DNA of 64,000 nt, from the NCBI RefSeq assembly GCF_009914755.1, contig NC_060944.1. One strand, given 5' to 3'. Origin of the DNA: the human T2T-CHM13v2.0 reference genome, Homo sapiens. Shown in pieces: positions 32,118 to 49,679 of the stretch. Position 1 is the first letter of the stretch, and each line of letters opens with the position of its first letter. A program made the position numbers and the translations under genes. The notes under the pieces were generated by a model. It did not search any database. It was given only the letters and a program-made list of their open reading frames with translations, and was not told the origin of the DNA.

Positions 32118-34434
32118 TGATATGGTTTGGCTATGTCCCCACTCAAATCTCAGCTTGGATTCTATCTCCCAGAATACCCACATGTTGTGGGAGGGACCCA
32201 GAGTGAGGTAACTGAATGATGGAGGCCAGTCTTTCCTGTGCTATTCTCATGATAGTGAATAAGCCTCATGAGATCTGATGGGTTTCTCATGGGTTTCTGC
32301 TTTGGCTTCCTCCTCATTTTCTCTTGCTGCTGCCATTTAAGAAGTCCCTTTCACCTCCTACCATGACTCTGAGGCCTCCCCCACCATGTGGGACTGTAAA
32401 TCCAATTACAGTTCTTTTCCTTTACACCTCTTTTTCTTCTCAGACTTGGGTATGTCTTTATCAGCAGTGTGAAAACGGACTAATATAGTAAATTGATACC
32501 AGTGGTGTGGGGTGCTGCAGAAAAGATACCCAAAAATGTGGAAGCGACTTTGAAACTTGGTAACAGGCAGAAGTTGGATCAGTTTGGAGGGCTCAGAAAA
32601 AGACTGGAAAAGGTGGGAAATTTTGGAACCTCCTAGAGACTTGTTGAATGGCTTTGACAAAAATGCTGATAGTGTTTTGAACAATAAGGTCCAGGCTGAG
32701 GTGGTCTCAGATGGAGATGAGGAACTTGTTGGGAACTGGAGCAAAGGTGACTCTCATTATGTTTTGGCAAAGAGAATGGCAGCATTTTGCCCCTGCCCTA
32801 GGGATTTGTGGAACTTTGAACTTGAGAGAGATGATTTAGGTTATCTGCTGGAAGAAATTTCTAAGCAGTAAAGCATTCAAGAGGTGACTTGGGTGATGCT
32901 AAAGGCCTTAGGTTTTATAAAGGAAGCAGAGCATACAAGTTTGGAAAATTTGCAGCCTGACAATGTGATAGAAAAGAAAATCCCATTTTCTGAGGATAAA
33001 TTAGAGCAGTCTACAGAAATTTGCATAAGTAACGAGAAGCTGAATGTTAATCCCCAAAACAATAGGGGAAATTTCTATGGGACATGTCACAGGTCATCAC
33101 AGCAGCCCCTCCCATCACAAGCCCAGAGGCCTAGGAGGAAAAAAATGGCTTTCTGGGCTGGGCCCAGGTTGACTGTGCTGTGTGCAGCCTAGGGCCTTGG
33201 TTCTCTGTGTTTCAGCCCCTCCAGCCATGGATGAAAGGGGCCAACATAGAACTCAGGCCTTGGCCTTGAGAGTGCAAACACCAAGCCTTGGCAGCTTCCA
33301 CATGGTGTTGAGCCTGCGCATGCATAGAAGTCAAGAATTGAGGTTTGGAAACCCCCACCTAGATTTCAGAGGATGTATGAAAATTCCCGGATGTCCAAGC
33401 AGAAGTTTGCTGCAGCGGTGGTGCTCTGATGGAGAACCTCTGCTAGGGCTGCGAAGAAGGGAAATGTGGGGTTGGAGCCCCTACAAATAGTCCCTACTGG
33501 GGCACTTCCTAGTGGAGCTGTGAGGAGAGGGTCACTCTCCTCCAGGCCTCAGAATGGTAGATGCACTGTGAGCCTGGAAAAGCTGCAGTCACTCAACATC
33601 AACCCATGAAAGCAGCCAGGAGGTGGGCTATACCCTGCAAAGCCACAGGGGCAGAATTACCCAAGGCTGTGGGAGCCCACCTCTTGCATCAGCAAGAGCT
33701 TGATATGAAACATGAAGTCAACGGAGATCATTTTGGAGCTTTAAAATTTGACTACCTTGCTGGATTTCAGACTTGCATGGGGCCTGTAACCCCTTTGTTT
33801 TGGCCAATTTATGCCATTTGGAACAGCTGCATTTACTCAATTACCTGTACCCCCACTGTATCTAGGAAGTAACTAGCTTGATTTGGATTTTACAGGGTCA
33901 TAGGCAGAAGAGACTTGCCTTGTCTCAGATGAGATTTCAGACAGGGGACATTTGGGTTAATGCTGAAATGAGTTAAGACTTTGGGGGACGGTTGGGAAGG
34001 CATGATCGGATTTGAAATGTGAGGACATGAGATTTGGAGAGGACATGAGATTTGGAGGGGCCAGGAGTGGAAAAATATGGTTTGACTCTGTCCCTACCCA
34101 CATCTCACTTGAATTGTATTGCTCAGAATTCCCACATGTTCGGGGAGGGAACCAGGGGGAGGTAGTTGAATCTTTGGGGCCAGTCTTTCCCATGCTATTC
34201 TTTTGATAGTGGATAAATCTCACATTATCTTTTGGGTTTATCAGTGGTTTCATCTTTTGCTTCTTTTGCCTCCTTCTCATATTCTCTTGCCACTGCCATG
34301 TAAGAAGTGCTGTTCATCCACCGTCATAACTCTGAGGCCTCCTCAACCATGAGGAACCCTAAATACAATTAACCCACTTTTTCTTCCCTGTCTCAGGTGT
34401 GTCTTTATCAGCAGTGTGAATGTGGACTAATACA
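32118..34434 (+). mobile_element. Complete THE1 (THE1C/D-like) MaLR: LTR-internal-LTR
   Basis: LTR 32118-32487 (tgatatggtttggct...), internal ~1.58 kb, LTR 34073-34434 (...ggactaataca); flanks tttgg / ttggg consistent with a 5-bp TSD. Confidence 0.93.
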
Positions 34435-34710
34435 TTGGGTATTGTCAGACTTCTTAATATTTGTGGGGAGAATAGATGTGTAGTATCTTGGGCATTTTCC
34501 TGATTACTAATGAGGTTGAGAAATTTTTTACATTCTGCAGGCTTTCTCTTTTGTGAAATCCCTATTGATGTATTTTCCCAATTTTCTGTTGGGTTGCTAT
34601 TTTTAAAATTAATTCATAGGAGTTCCTTATATTTAGTTGATATGATTTTAATCTTTCATAGGTTTTAGGTGCTGCAAATATCTTCTAATTTATAGTTTAT
34701 CTTTTCACTT

Positions 34711-34996
34711 TTTTACTTTTATTTTTTAATTTTTTTTTTTTTGAGACAGTGTCTAGCTCTGTTATTCAGGCTGGAGTGCAGTGGCTCACTGCAACCTCCA
34801 CCTCCAGCGTTCAGATGATTCTCGTGCCTCAGCTTCCTGAGTAGCTGGGATTACAGGTGTCTGCCACTAATGCTGAGCTAATTTCTTGTATTTTTAGGAG
34901 AGACGAGGTTTCACCATGTTGGCCAGCCTGGTCTCAAACTCCTGACCTCAGGTGATGTATTATTGGGATTACAGGCTTGAGACACCGTGCCCAGCC
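34711..34996 (-). mobile_element. AluS with two internal deletions
   Basis: Lacks a piece after gcagtggc and a piece between ggtgat and tgggattaca; the same deletions occur in the Alu at 53103-53400. Confidence 0.9.
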
Positions 34997-36108
34997 TATC
35001 TTTCCACTTTTTGATGTAAAAAGTTCTTAATTTTGCGATAGTCAAAATGTCTAATCTTTTTAAATGGTTAAATGGCTTTTTGTGTCTCATTCACTTACAT
35101 TTTCTACTAACTTCAAATCTGGCTTCTGAGTGACCTTTTCAGAGATTCTCCAATGTACCCAAGTAAACAAAATAACTGACTTCTATGTTTTTTCATTTTA
35201 TTTTATGATTAAATATCAAAATATTGAAATAAACAAGATATCCTATGTAGGTTTTCTTTCTATCTCAAGTTCTAGATTTTGAGGCCTTTGAAGATAGAAA
35301 CAACGGAATCAGGTCCTTGAACACAGGAGTTAGTCAGTAAGCATTTGTTGAATAAACAATAACAGGACATCTTTCCACTTTCCTAAAACTCATCAAAGAA
35401 TTCTTACTCATTCTGATCCGTCTTCCCTTATGATGAGACCAAACCACTCACTGTGGTCAACGGCATTCAAAAATAAAAAGTGGGGGATTTCCAGAGGTTA
35501 AAAAATGTGGACAAAACTATTTTAAATATTCATGTATTTATGAACTGATTCATTAAAAAATTCTCACTATTAATATTTGCACATCATTAGGGACCGTGAG
35601 TATAGCAGAGAACAAAACAGAAAAATTTTCCGGCCACATGAAATCTATATTCTAGAGGACAGAAGAAATGGTCTGATAAGAATCAGGAAAGAACATGATA
35701 CGTCCAGATTAAATCGTAACCTTTATGTAGAATAAGAGTGAAATCACTGTAAGCTATGTTGATATTTGACCAGGCTACTTGAACACTTTTAGATAAGTGC
35801 TTTAAAGCCATTGGTGGCTTTTGAACAAGGAACTACTGTGGTCACTGAATTTCATGACAGAGTGCAATAGAAGTGGAAAATGTACATATAAATATTCTCA
35901 GGCCCCAATGTGCCATATCATGGAAACTTTGCAATTTTCCAGATGACAGAGAATAGAAATTTGAGACATGACAATGGAAATGATAGTGAAAGGATGAATG
36001 TTAAATACACTGCAGAGGAGTAAGAACTGGCAAGAATTGACAAATGATGAGTTAAGCAAGGTATGAAAAAATGAGGAGTCAGGTGAGTAAGAAGGGAGGG
36101 GGAATAAA

Positions 36109-36451
36109 ATGCATTGCTTAATAACAGAGATACTTTCTGAAAAATACGTTGTTGGACAATTTCATTTTCCTGCAAACATCGTAGAGTGTACTTACACTAA
36201 CCTAAATTGCAGCCCACTACTACACAACTAGGCAATATGGTATAACCTATTGCTCCTAGGCTACAAAACTTTATAGCATGTTACTTTACTCAATACTGTA
36301 GGCAATTGTAACACAATGGTAGATATTTGTGTTTCTAAACAAGCAACAACATAGAAAAGGTACAGTAAAATACAGTAAGATAGTCTTATGGGTCTACCAT
36401 CATATATACAAGTCTGTCATTGACCAAACATTGTTATGTGGCGCATGGCTG
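36109..36451 (-). mobile_element. Tigger3a-like non-autonomous DNA transposon
   Basis: cctattgctcctaggctacaaa...acatagaaaaggtacagtaaaa...ttatgtggcgcatggctg followed by TA. Confidence 0.8.
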
Positions 36452-37457
36452 TAATATGGTATCATGTTAAGCAGAAAGTCTCAACCTTCCCAGTTGAGGC
36501 ACACTGATAAAAACTATAATAAGAAATGTGTTACTGATTACAAAATCTCATAATTATGAGCAATTTGTTCTTTCATAAATTTAAGAGAATTTCTCCAGAA
36601 TAACAACACTCACTTTCATTCCTGTATGCTTGTCTTTAAAAGTAGAAGGAAAAGTTGATGAAAGTATGGCTAAAGTTGGAACTTCTCTCTCTTCTACCCT
36701 GGCTGCAGCATTAGTGAATAAGTATAATTTTTATGACTATAACAATTGAATATTTCTCTTTCTGGACTTTACTTTTCCAGAAAGAGAATCTTTGGAGGAA
36801 AAGCTGATCTGTGAGGCAGTAAAGGAAAAATGTTAATGTTTATGCCCTATGAACCTTTAGAAGAAAGTCATTTTTTGATGGAAGCTTGCTTGTGTCAATA
36901 CATGCATGCATGGAAACAAATATTCTCTTCTTCCCCATGTCTTTTCTGTGCTATCCTATTCCACCAGTCCTGAATTAGTGCTTTTGTTCTGCAGCTAACT
37001 CTCTCAAGTTTGTCTTTCTGAAGTCCGAATCTCTCTCTTGAATGTTTCTGGCCTCAGTACCTACCCTGTAAACGCGCTAAACCTGATCCATTTACAGACT
37101 AGATAGTTTTTGGTCCAAAAGATAATTCATGGAATTTCCCTAATAAATGTATATTAATTTATATTACTTTAACAATTGATTTTCGTTGATCCTGATGAGG
37201 ATTGCCTATTAGTTGATTACTATGTGTATTCTGTAAAGATATACATGGCTGGCAGAAAAGAAGATATTTTATGCCATAAAATATTATGGACAATTTTTTA
37301 AAAATAAGACTATGTTTTTCCTGAAACAAGCTATTTCTACAAACATATGCTTTCATGAAATTTTATTTCTCATGATACCTTTATGATTACCTTATTGTAT
37401 GCTGACTGTATTAATAAAGTTAGAGATTCTATGAAGTTTTAAGAGATTTTCTCTCTT

Positions 37458-39863
<2,406 letters not shown>

Positions 39864-40949
39864 TTATTGTGTTGAAGTTTTGTGAAAATAGTAGATTAGA
39901 TTTTTCTACCAATTGCGTATCTTAAAAAATCATTTAGTACACAGTTTTTACGTTTTAAGTAAAAGAGATCACAAGTGACTAATTAAAATAACAATGAGAG
40001 TACTGTAAGTATTCCAAAATAGTTTTTTCTAGTGGTGATATTTAGGGTGTATATTTGGTTTGGATTTTGTGTATATGTATTTCTAAGTTACCTACAGTGA
40101 ATACATTTGTGGACATCAAACACTCTATGTTTCTTTTTTTGTGATAGCTTGTGCCTGACCTAATTCTACATTAGCGAGCAGATTGAAGAAGTGAGGAGAC
40201 ATCAGATAGATGTAGACGCTTCACCAAGGAGTCCCCCTGCAGTGCCACAGGGGCAGTAGGCTCACTTATTCCATATCCTTGGCATTTGCAGGGATAGACA
40301 TACACAGGGAGGCATGGGGAGCTCCTGAGGAGCAAGGACAGATGGTCAATGGTGGGAAAAAGTTACAGTGCCATATACCCTCTTTCTTTTAATGGAAACT
40401 CAGGGATGGATGGTCTGGCCATAAACTATTAATAGTACCTCTGGAAAATAATAATACTCAATACAGGGCCCATCAAAACTGTTTCTCAAATTTAAAAGAG
40501 CCACAGGGTTGCAGAACGGGGACTTAGAAATATTAGAGGCAATTATATTTAAAATGGATGGTCACAAAACCCTGATTCTGGGTTAGTATGGTTTGCCTCC
40601 TCAGTAAATAAGACATGGAATCATAGCAGTAAAAGTATTTTGAGTCTGGCATTTTACACATAGAAATGTGAATCCTTTTTTACATTTAAAAAATGCAAAT
40701 CAATAGAAAATATGTGGTTTTATACATAGGATTTTTGTTTAAGGACTGTATTTTAGTGCACAGTCTTCTACTTAACAAAATATGTCTGCATTCAAAACAA
40801 ATTATTTGCTATGAAGCAGAGAGTGAAATTTGTCAGGGTCTTAATATTATAAGTTAAATTTTATATTTTGAGGTTATTACCCTGGTTTGGATTTTGTACA
40901 TTTACACAACACCTTACAGAAGTGGTTTTCAAACCACATTCCACAGAAT

Positions 40950-41168
40950 GTCCCTTTTTAAGGCTAAGTAATGTTCCACTGTATATCTGTACCACATTTT
41001 GTTTATCCATTCCTCTGTCAATGAATGCTTCCACCTTTTGGCTATCATGAATAATGTTGCTATACGCATGAATTTACAAATATCTGTTGAAGTCCCTGCT
41101 TTCAATTTTTGTGGGTTTAAACCCAGAAGTGGACTTGCTAATTGACATAGTAATTCTATGTTTCATTT

Positions 41169-41211
<43 letters not shown>

Positions 41212-41955
41212 TTTTTGAGATGGAGTCTGACTCTCTTGGCTCACTGCAACCTCCACCTCCCAGATTCAAGTGGTTCTGCTGCCTCAGCCTCCTGAGTAGC
41301 TGGGATTACAGGCACACAGCACCACTCCCAGCTAATTTTTGTATTTTTAGTTGAGACAGGGTTTCAACACGTTGGTCAGGCTTGTCTTTAACTCCTGACC
41401 TCATGATCTGGCCACCTCGGTGTCCTAAAGTGCTGGGATAACAGGCACGAGCCACTGAGCCCAGCCTATGTTCCATTTATTTTTAATTTAGGAACCACTG
41501 TACTCTTTTCCACCCTGACTATACTGCTGTAGAGTCCACCGGCAATGTACAAGAGTTTCGACTTGGTTACATCCTCACCAACACTTGTTATTCCCTGCTT
41601 TTTTGATGATTGCCATCCTCATGTGTATGAAGTGATATCTTACTATGGTTTTGATTTGCATTTCCTTAGTAATCAGTCATGTTGAGCATCTTTCATGTGC
41701 TTGATGGCCACTTGTATATCTTTTTTGGGAAATTTTCTATGTAAGTCCTTTGCCTACTTTTTAATTGGGTTGTTTATTTATTGTTGAGTTGTAGGAATTC
41801 TTTATATATTCTGCATATTGATCCCTTATCAAAGATATTATTTGAAATATTTTCTTCCATTCTGCCAGTTGTCCTCTGATTGCACAAAAGTTTTAAATTT
41901 TGGTGAAGTCCAATTTACTTATTTTTTTCTTTTGTTACTTATGCTTTTGGTGTCA
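40950..41955 (-). mobile_element. L1MA/MB fragment containing an Alu
   Basis: Antisense L1M 3' ORF2/UTR motifs (catcctcaccaacacttgtt, tggttttgatttgcatttcc). Confidence 0.75.
41166..41466 (-). mobile_element. AluS with (TTTA)n tail
   Basis: TTTA microsatellite 41168-41212; TSD-like tatgtt(t/c)cattt on both sides. Confidence 0.9.
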
Positions 41956-42425
41956 GAAAGCTTTTAGTTTATAATTTTAACTATATCATGTCTCCTGCCT
42001 CATATGTACCACTGGACAAGGTCCCTTTTATGTGCTCAGCTTCTGTCAGAGGTAAATGTATTTTGAAGTGGAGAATGAAGATAATTGCAAAACTGGTCTG
42101 GAGAACAAAGGTAATTATGAAAGTTCCAGATACAAGGAGAGAGGGCTCAATATGCCAGCAGTTCTCTACCAATCCATCCTAGTATTGCCTGAATAATGCA
42201 GGGGATGTGTGCAAGACACACAAGTGTTCCAGAAGCATGTAAACAAGGTACAGAGAAGAGGATAAGATAAAATAAGATGAGCTAAGAATATTAGGAAAGC
42301 CCTGTTCAGAAGATTGCCTACAGAGGCAAAAGGGACAGTTTCATTTTTGATGAAACATTTTTGAGGGAAACAGGGTGGTAAGAAGCCTCGTGGGGAAGAT
42401 CCCCGCTTACCCTGATACAGAGAGG

Positions 42426-42922
42426 TGTAAAATAATGTAATGGGAGAGCATTAGGCTGAGATAGCTCCCATGGCCTGGGTTCGTACATAGACAAAATGAA
42501 ACAACCTTAGTCCACCAAGTGGCCCACTGAGTATTAGCTGCATAATGAGAGACCTACCACCAGGATAGTTCAAATAATGCAACTGCCCAAATTTTTGCCA
42601 AACAAATAATTGCTCTACTCTACTTCTATATTCACCCTATAAAAGCCTTCCCTACAAACGCCTCCAGTAGATCCTCCAACCACTTTCAGTTTGGAGCTGG
42701 CTGATCCGTGAATCTCTGTTTGCTTAAGAAACTCTTTAAAATGTTAATATGCTTAAGTTTATCTATTTTTTTCTCATTTTTAAAAATTGAGATGGGATTT
42801 TCCTATGTTGTCCAGGCTGGTCTTAAACTCCTGAACTCAAGGGATCCTCCTGCCTCAGCCTCCTGAGTAGCTGGAATTATAGACGTGTGCCTCCACAGCC
42901 AGCTTACATTTATCTTTAAACA
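42426..42922 (+). mobile_element. ERV1 solo LTR, MER93-like, interrupted by an Alu monomer (~42775-42905, minus)
   Basis: TG...CA ends; gcattaggctgagatagctcc start motif; cctataaaa TATA; tttatct repeated on both sides of the Alu monomer. Confidence 0.6.
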
Positions 42923-43915
42923 AGGGTTTGACCCCTTTCTGAAATGTATTTGTGTTAAAACCTGTACCCTAAGTGATATGGCAGGCTCATTTTAGACCAT
43001 TGGACACTTTTGTGTCTGGACCACAATTTGCCCTCTGTGACCTGCTCTCCTAAGAAATTCAAGTGTAATTCAAGTTAGTTTACCCTCTGCTGATCAGGGG
43101 AGATTGCTCTGGGTGCAAATTCAAGACAGGCACTCACACCTTCATTCGTACCCCAAATCTCAGCATCACACAGTACACTCATGTAATAAACCTGCAGAGG
43201 TACCCACTGGAATCTAAAATGAAAGTTGAAATTCCCTAAAATTTTAATCTCATCTTACTAAAAAACAAAGATAAATTTACTTCTTTTCAATTTTGACATA
43301 TATTATACTGACATACACTCTATATTCTATGGTGAATTATATTGATTGAATTTCACATTTTAAACTAACACTGAGTTACTGTGAACAACTCTATTGTGTC
43401 ATAATGTATTTTGTTTTTAATATATTTTAATACAATTTGCAAATATTCTGTTTTCAAATTACATCTTTGTTCCATAAATAAATAAATATGTAAAAAATAA
43501 TAAATATTTATATTATTCAAGTGACGATTATAGCGATCTTTTTGAATATCTACTTAACCTCAGCTAGCTTTAAATTCAGAAGTAGCAACTCCATAGAAAT
43601 TCAACTTATTTCTACCTTATTACTCATACTTGTCTCCTTGAAGACGCTTCATTGCTATCAACCAGTTTAGACTGGGATGTCACAGATCTCTAGACTGAGT
43701 AGTATAATACTCACTATTCAAATAAAATCAAATTATTATAATGTCATGACACCTCCAAATACAAAAACGAAGCCCATGGATGTTAGGTTAAGGTATAGAG
43801 ACAAGTATTCCTACTTACTATCTTTTAGGGAAGACATATAACCCAGCTAAGGTGATTGCAAAATAAAATGGAAACCATATTGTGGAAGGGGACTCGAGAC
43901 TCAGATTGGATTTTC

Positions 43916-44210
43916 TTTTTTTGTTCTTTTTTTTATTATTATACTTTAAGTTTTAGGGTACATGTTCACAATGTGCAGGTTAGATACATATGTATACAGG
44001 TGCCATGCTGGTGTGCTGCACCCACTAACTCGTCATCTAGCATTAGGTATATCTCCCAATGCTATCCAGCCCCCCTCCCCCCACCCCACAACAGTCCCTA
44101 GAGTGTGATGTTCCCCTGCCTGTGTCCATGTGTTCTCATTGTTCAATTGTCACCTATGAGTGAGAATATACGGTGTTTGGTTTTTTGTTCTTGCGATAGT
44201 TTACTGCATT
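43916..44210 (-). mobile_element. Very short young L1 (L1PA2/3) 3' end
   Basis: Poly(T) plus 3'UTR; perfect 16-bp TSD CTCAGATTGGATTTTC at 43900-43915 and 44211-44226. Confidence 0.95.
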
Positions 44211-45160
44211 CTCAGATTGGATTTTCATTCCAACTCTTACATACACAAGCTGCATGACTCTGGGTAAATTGCATATTCTCTTAGAGTTTCAATTTCTTCA
44301 TCTGTACAATGGAGGTTAATGCCTACGGGCTATGGCTGATGTAGGGATAAAAGAACCAACAAGGATGCATGGGCAGGGCCTGGTCCATAGAGCAGCTGGC
44401 ATCAACAAATGGAAGCCCCCTTCCCATCTTGTCTTTGCGTGCAAAACAAAATCCTGAATATGTGGGTATAAAAAGTACTCTTATAAGAGAAAAATTGGAA
44501 ACTTTTGCAAAAAGAGATTGGAAAGGTGTCACATCTTGTGGCATGAGGATTTGTGGGCATACACTTGAACTTTGTGCTGTGAGATATCCACAGAACTTCA
44601 GTAGCTTAAGAGAACAGTTTAGATGTCATCTTATTCATCTACCATAGAACTTCTTCTTCTTTTCTGAGATTTCTAGACAGTAACTTTTACAGCTCTAATA
44701 ATGCAGTTATCTCCCAATTGTTTGGACTTTTCTAATAGATACAAAGCAGTATTTCACCAGCAGATGCTACTGCAGTTCATATGGTGATTTCAAACTAAGA
44801 ATCCCTTTAAAGTTATGCAATACTTTTTTTTTTTGGAAATAGGGTGAAAGTACTTTAAGATTAAAATCCTATGAAATAGGTTTACAGTAAATAATTATTT
44901 GTTGCAATGTCTATCCTAATATCTTATATTCACACATGTATCGGTGTCCTAATAAATATATGTGGTGAATGAAAGTTACTTGAGGGCAGAGACTGTGCCA
45001 TATGTTCCCTGCACCACTGATGCCTATCTCAGCACGTGATGTACAGTAGATGCTCAGTAAATAACTTAAAAAACGCACTAAGAATAAATCTTAGAAGACA
45101 TCAAAATACATATGAGTACAATCTAGGGACATGGTCAGGAGCTCAAAATTCAAACTTATG

Positions 45161-45463
<303 letters not shown>

Positions 45464-46094
45464 ACAGAATATTTTAATGTAGCTTCAAAACCCCTTTGCA
45501 AATAGGTGTATTCATAACAAGATGCAAACAAGAAAACATTGAGCTTCATATAATAGAAGGGTTCTGCCTGGATTTGCATGTGGCCCCATCATTTGTTTGC
45601 TGTTGGGCCATGGTCAGGTTACTTAGCTGCTCTCTGCCTCCACTTAGGCTTTATGCCTGTGCATCCCTCATCTACAAAATGGGAATAATAAGAATATCTA
45701 ACAGTTAGAAGTGGAGAAAACATATATAAAGGCCTTTCAAAAGATCTTGTCAAAGCTCAATAATTGTCCTCAATAATTGCTCTCAATAATTGTCAGCTAT
45801 TATTCAGTAATAATCATAATCATGAAAATATATGACTCAAAGAAAGATTCCTACTTCATATCCAGCTTCCCAAAAGAATATCAGACATTGGACCTGTGAA
45901 AGGAATGACATTGAGATTTATTTTCACATCGCTAAGTTGGTTTTTTCTTTGCCATTCAATTTCTGCTGTCCCCACTCTAAGCCCATGGTCCACCATTTTA
46001 TTTTTCCTTCTAAGATGTCTTCCCTTCTTGTAAGATTTTCTTTGCCTTAAGAAGGGCCCTTTTCATCCACCCACTCTTTTACCCTTCCCAGAAG

Positions 46095-46376
46095 TTGGTT
46101 AATGGGCACAAAAATACAATTAGATGGAAGGAACAGAAGAAGTTCTAGTGTTCAATAGCACAGTAGGGTGATGGTCGTTAACAATAACTTATTATACATT
46201 TCAAAATGGCTGGAGGAAAGATGTGGAATTTTCCTAACACAAATAAATGATAAATATTTGAGGTGATGGATATGCAAATTGTCTTGATTTGATCAGTGCA
46301 CACTGTATGCATGTATCAAAATATCACATGAACCCTAGAAATAATTATAATTGTCATGTATCAATAAAAACAAAAA
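46095..46376 (+). mobile_element. L1MA 3' end
   Basis: aagttctagtgttcaatagcacagtagggtga...gaggtgatggatatgc...tgtatcaataaaaa. Confidence 0.75.
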
Positions 46377-47399
46377 GGGCTTATTTCTCTTTCCTTCCTC
46401 CCAGCATTCCCTCCTATCCCAGATATGTGTTGCTCCTGGGGCTCTCCTGCCCCACATTCAGTCAGCACTGAGCCAGCAGGAGGGATTTCACAGGTCATAT
46501 CCTGAGATCAACCCTCCACCCCTTCAGGTAATGATCCTCCTGCTCTTAGTCATTTATATCCTTTGGTTCATAGATATTTTGAGTCAAGTGCCTTCTAACC
46601 GCTGAGCTACATAATATCCCTTGGTTTTTAAAGATAATACAAAGTGGATTTTAGCAACAATCTTGAGTCATCACAGAAGCTAATGAATTTGGGGATTCCA
46701 TGAAGCCATCCAAGCACATAAAGCCCATTTCCTGGGTCCCTTTCCCTTAGCTCAAGGCCACAAAAATCAGAACATGAATTCCAGCCCATATTTGCATTAT
46801 GTCTAAATAATTATGAATTATAAATGAAGCTAAAAATAGCTAAATATGTTCTATTCTTCTACTTCAATAACTATACCGCCATAATAACCCACAAGGTCAA
46901 AGTCGAGTGTAGAATTCTCTGAGTTCTTGGTGCTCTGCACGGGAATGTGTTAGTAAAGGGAGAGCTGATCCTCAGCCCCAGGCTATTTTTTTTTCTTTCA
47001 TCATAGCTAGCCCTGTCCTTACTTGAGAAACCTTGCCTACCCCTGTGTGGGGGACTCCCTAGGCCCCATGCAAGCTCCATCCACAATTCTCACCCCTTCA
47101 GACAGCAGAGCCTTGGGCACCATTTGGACAAGCACAGTTTTCACTTTGAAATGGACCCAGGGAAGAGGCCATGCGGGCTCAGGTACATTTGGCCAGGGGC
47201 CTGAGTGCCCAGCATGTGCCCTAGAAGAGAGGGTGAGAGCTCTGTGTGGGCCGGGGTACAGTCAGTGGAGGGCCAGAGAGGCACCTTCTCAAGCTCAGGA
47301 TTCAGGGCGGGGGTCCTCTTGCCAAGATCGATGGCTACGATTCCTTCGTGCAATGACGACTGCGTCAAGTCTTCTCAGAGCACCTTTCTTTCAGTCTCA

Positions 47400-47813
47400 G
47401 CCACCGTGGGGAGTTCCATGGAAGCACAGGCTTCCCTTGTGCTGCCAGCAAACTCAAGCTACGCTTTCTGCCCTGGGACATCTCCACTATTGTAGGATTT
47501 TGCCTAAGCACAAATACAGCCCAGAAACACTTGCAGGTCAACAGCCTCAGGGGAAGACCTCAACCAGTGTGGGACAGGTGGGCAAATGCTCGAGGCTCAA
47601 GTTTCAGGTGGACAGTCCTGGATAACTTTCCAGAGCCTCTCGGAAGTTCCCGCATAAAAAAAGGCCATGGGAGCAGCCTCAATGGCATTCTATTATTTTG
47701 GCTTTTTTTTCTTGCCTGGCTCACTCTTCCCACATCTCACCCTTGCTTCTTGGAATCACTTCCCAAATAAATCATCCACACCCAAGTATTTACTCCAGCT
47801 CTGCTTTCAGGGG
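47400..47813 (+). mobile_element. ERVL LTR (LTR16-like)
   Basis: 3' motif ggaatcacttcccaaataaa...gctctgctttcagggg; 5' boundary uncertain. Confidence 0.5.
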
Positions 47814-47912
47814 TACAGGCACACCTTGGAGATATTGCAGGTTTGGTTCTAGGTCACCACAATAAGGTGAATATCACAATAGAGCAAGTCACATGAAATT
47901 TTTTGCAAGTCA

Positions 47913-48227
<315 letters not shown>

Positions 48228-48762
48228 GTTGTGTTTAAACTACTGTAGTTAATTAAGTGTGCAATAGCATTATGTCTAAAATATAATGTATATACCTTAT
48301 TTTGAAAATACTTGATTGCCAAAAAATGCTAACCATCATCTGGGCCTTCAGCAAGTCATCACCATTTTGCTGGTGGATGGTTTTGTCTCAGTGTTGATAG
48401 CTGCTGACTGATCAGAGTGATGGTTGCTGAGGGCTGGAGAGGGTGTGGCAATTTCTTAAAATAACATGACAGTGAAGTTTGCCGCGTTGACTGACTCTTG
48501 CTTTCACAAAAGATTTCACTGTAGTATTCTACACCGTTTGGTAGCATTTTACCCACAGTAGAATTTATATCAAAACTGGAACCAATCCTCTCAAACCCTG
48601 CCACTCCTCTGTCAACTAAGTTTATGGGATATTCTAAGTCCTTTGTTGTTCTTTCCACAATGTTCATGGCATCTTCACCAGGAGTAGATTCCATCCCAAG
48701 AAACCACTTTCTTTGCTCATTCATAATGAGCAACTCTTCATCCATTATGATTGCAGCAATCT

Positions 48763-49065
<303 letters not shown>

Positions 49066-49389
49066 TCACTCACATCTTCACGCTCCACTTTTAATACTAG
49101 TTCTCTTGCTATCTTCACCACATCTGTGGTTACTTCCTCTGCTAAAGTCTTGAACCCCTCAAAGTCATTTATGGGGGTTAGAATCAACTTCTTCCAAACT
49201 CCCATTAATGCTGCTATTTTTACTTCCTCTGGGAATCATGAATGTTCTTATTGGCATCTAAAATAGTGAATCCATTTATAGAGCACGGGTAGAGTAGATT
49301 TAGTGTAATTCTTAAGAGGTGCCCTAGGATTTATGGAATGGCAAATAAGCATTGGCTTGTAATAAGAGAGTCAGTCTGTCCTTTAAATC

Positions 49390-49679
49390 TTTTTTTTTTC
49401 TTGAGATAAGGTCTCACTCTGTTGTCCAGGCTGGATTGCAGTGGCAAGATCTTGGCCCACTTCAGACTTGACCTCCTTGACTCAAGCAATCCTCCCACCT
49501 CAGTCTCCTGAGTAGCTGGACTAGTAGCATGCACCACCATACATGGCTTATTTTTTTTATTCATTTGTTTTTGGTTAGAGACAGGGTTTCACCATGTTGC
49601 CCAGGCTGGTCTCAAACTCCTAAGCTCAAGCCATTCTCCCACTTCAGCCTCTGAGAGACGTGAGCCACCCTTCCTGGCC
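49390..49679 (-). mobile_element. AluJ
   Basis: Reverse-complement diverged dimer. Confidence 0.85.

Larger units (their letters stand above)
31560..35110 (-). mobile_element. Old L1M fragment interrupted by THE1 and an Alu
   Basis: Antisense L1M 3' motifs (ccaaattgttttccaaagtggttg, cctgattactaatgaggttgag) on both sides of the THE1. Confidence 0.7.

Noticed and set aside
32200-32390. Possible DUX4 site and PRDM9 13-mer in the THE1 LTR
   Set aside because: The DUX4 position reads taactgaatga (tagttgaatct in the other LTR) and the PRDM9 position reads CCTCCCCCACCAT; neither matches the consensus
32406-34280. ORFs of ~100 aa in THE1
   Set aside because: Fragmented MaLR internal sequence broken by stops and frameshifts
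47023-47625. 200-aa ORF
   Set aside because: Non-ATG start, no recognisable protein, and it runs into a probable LTR
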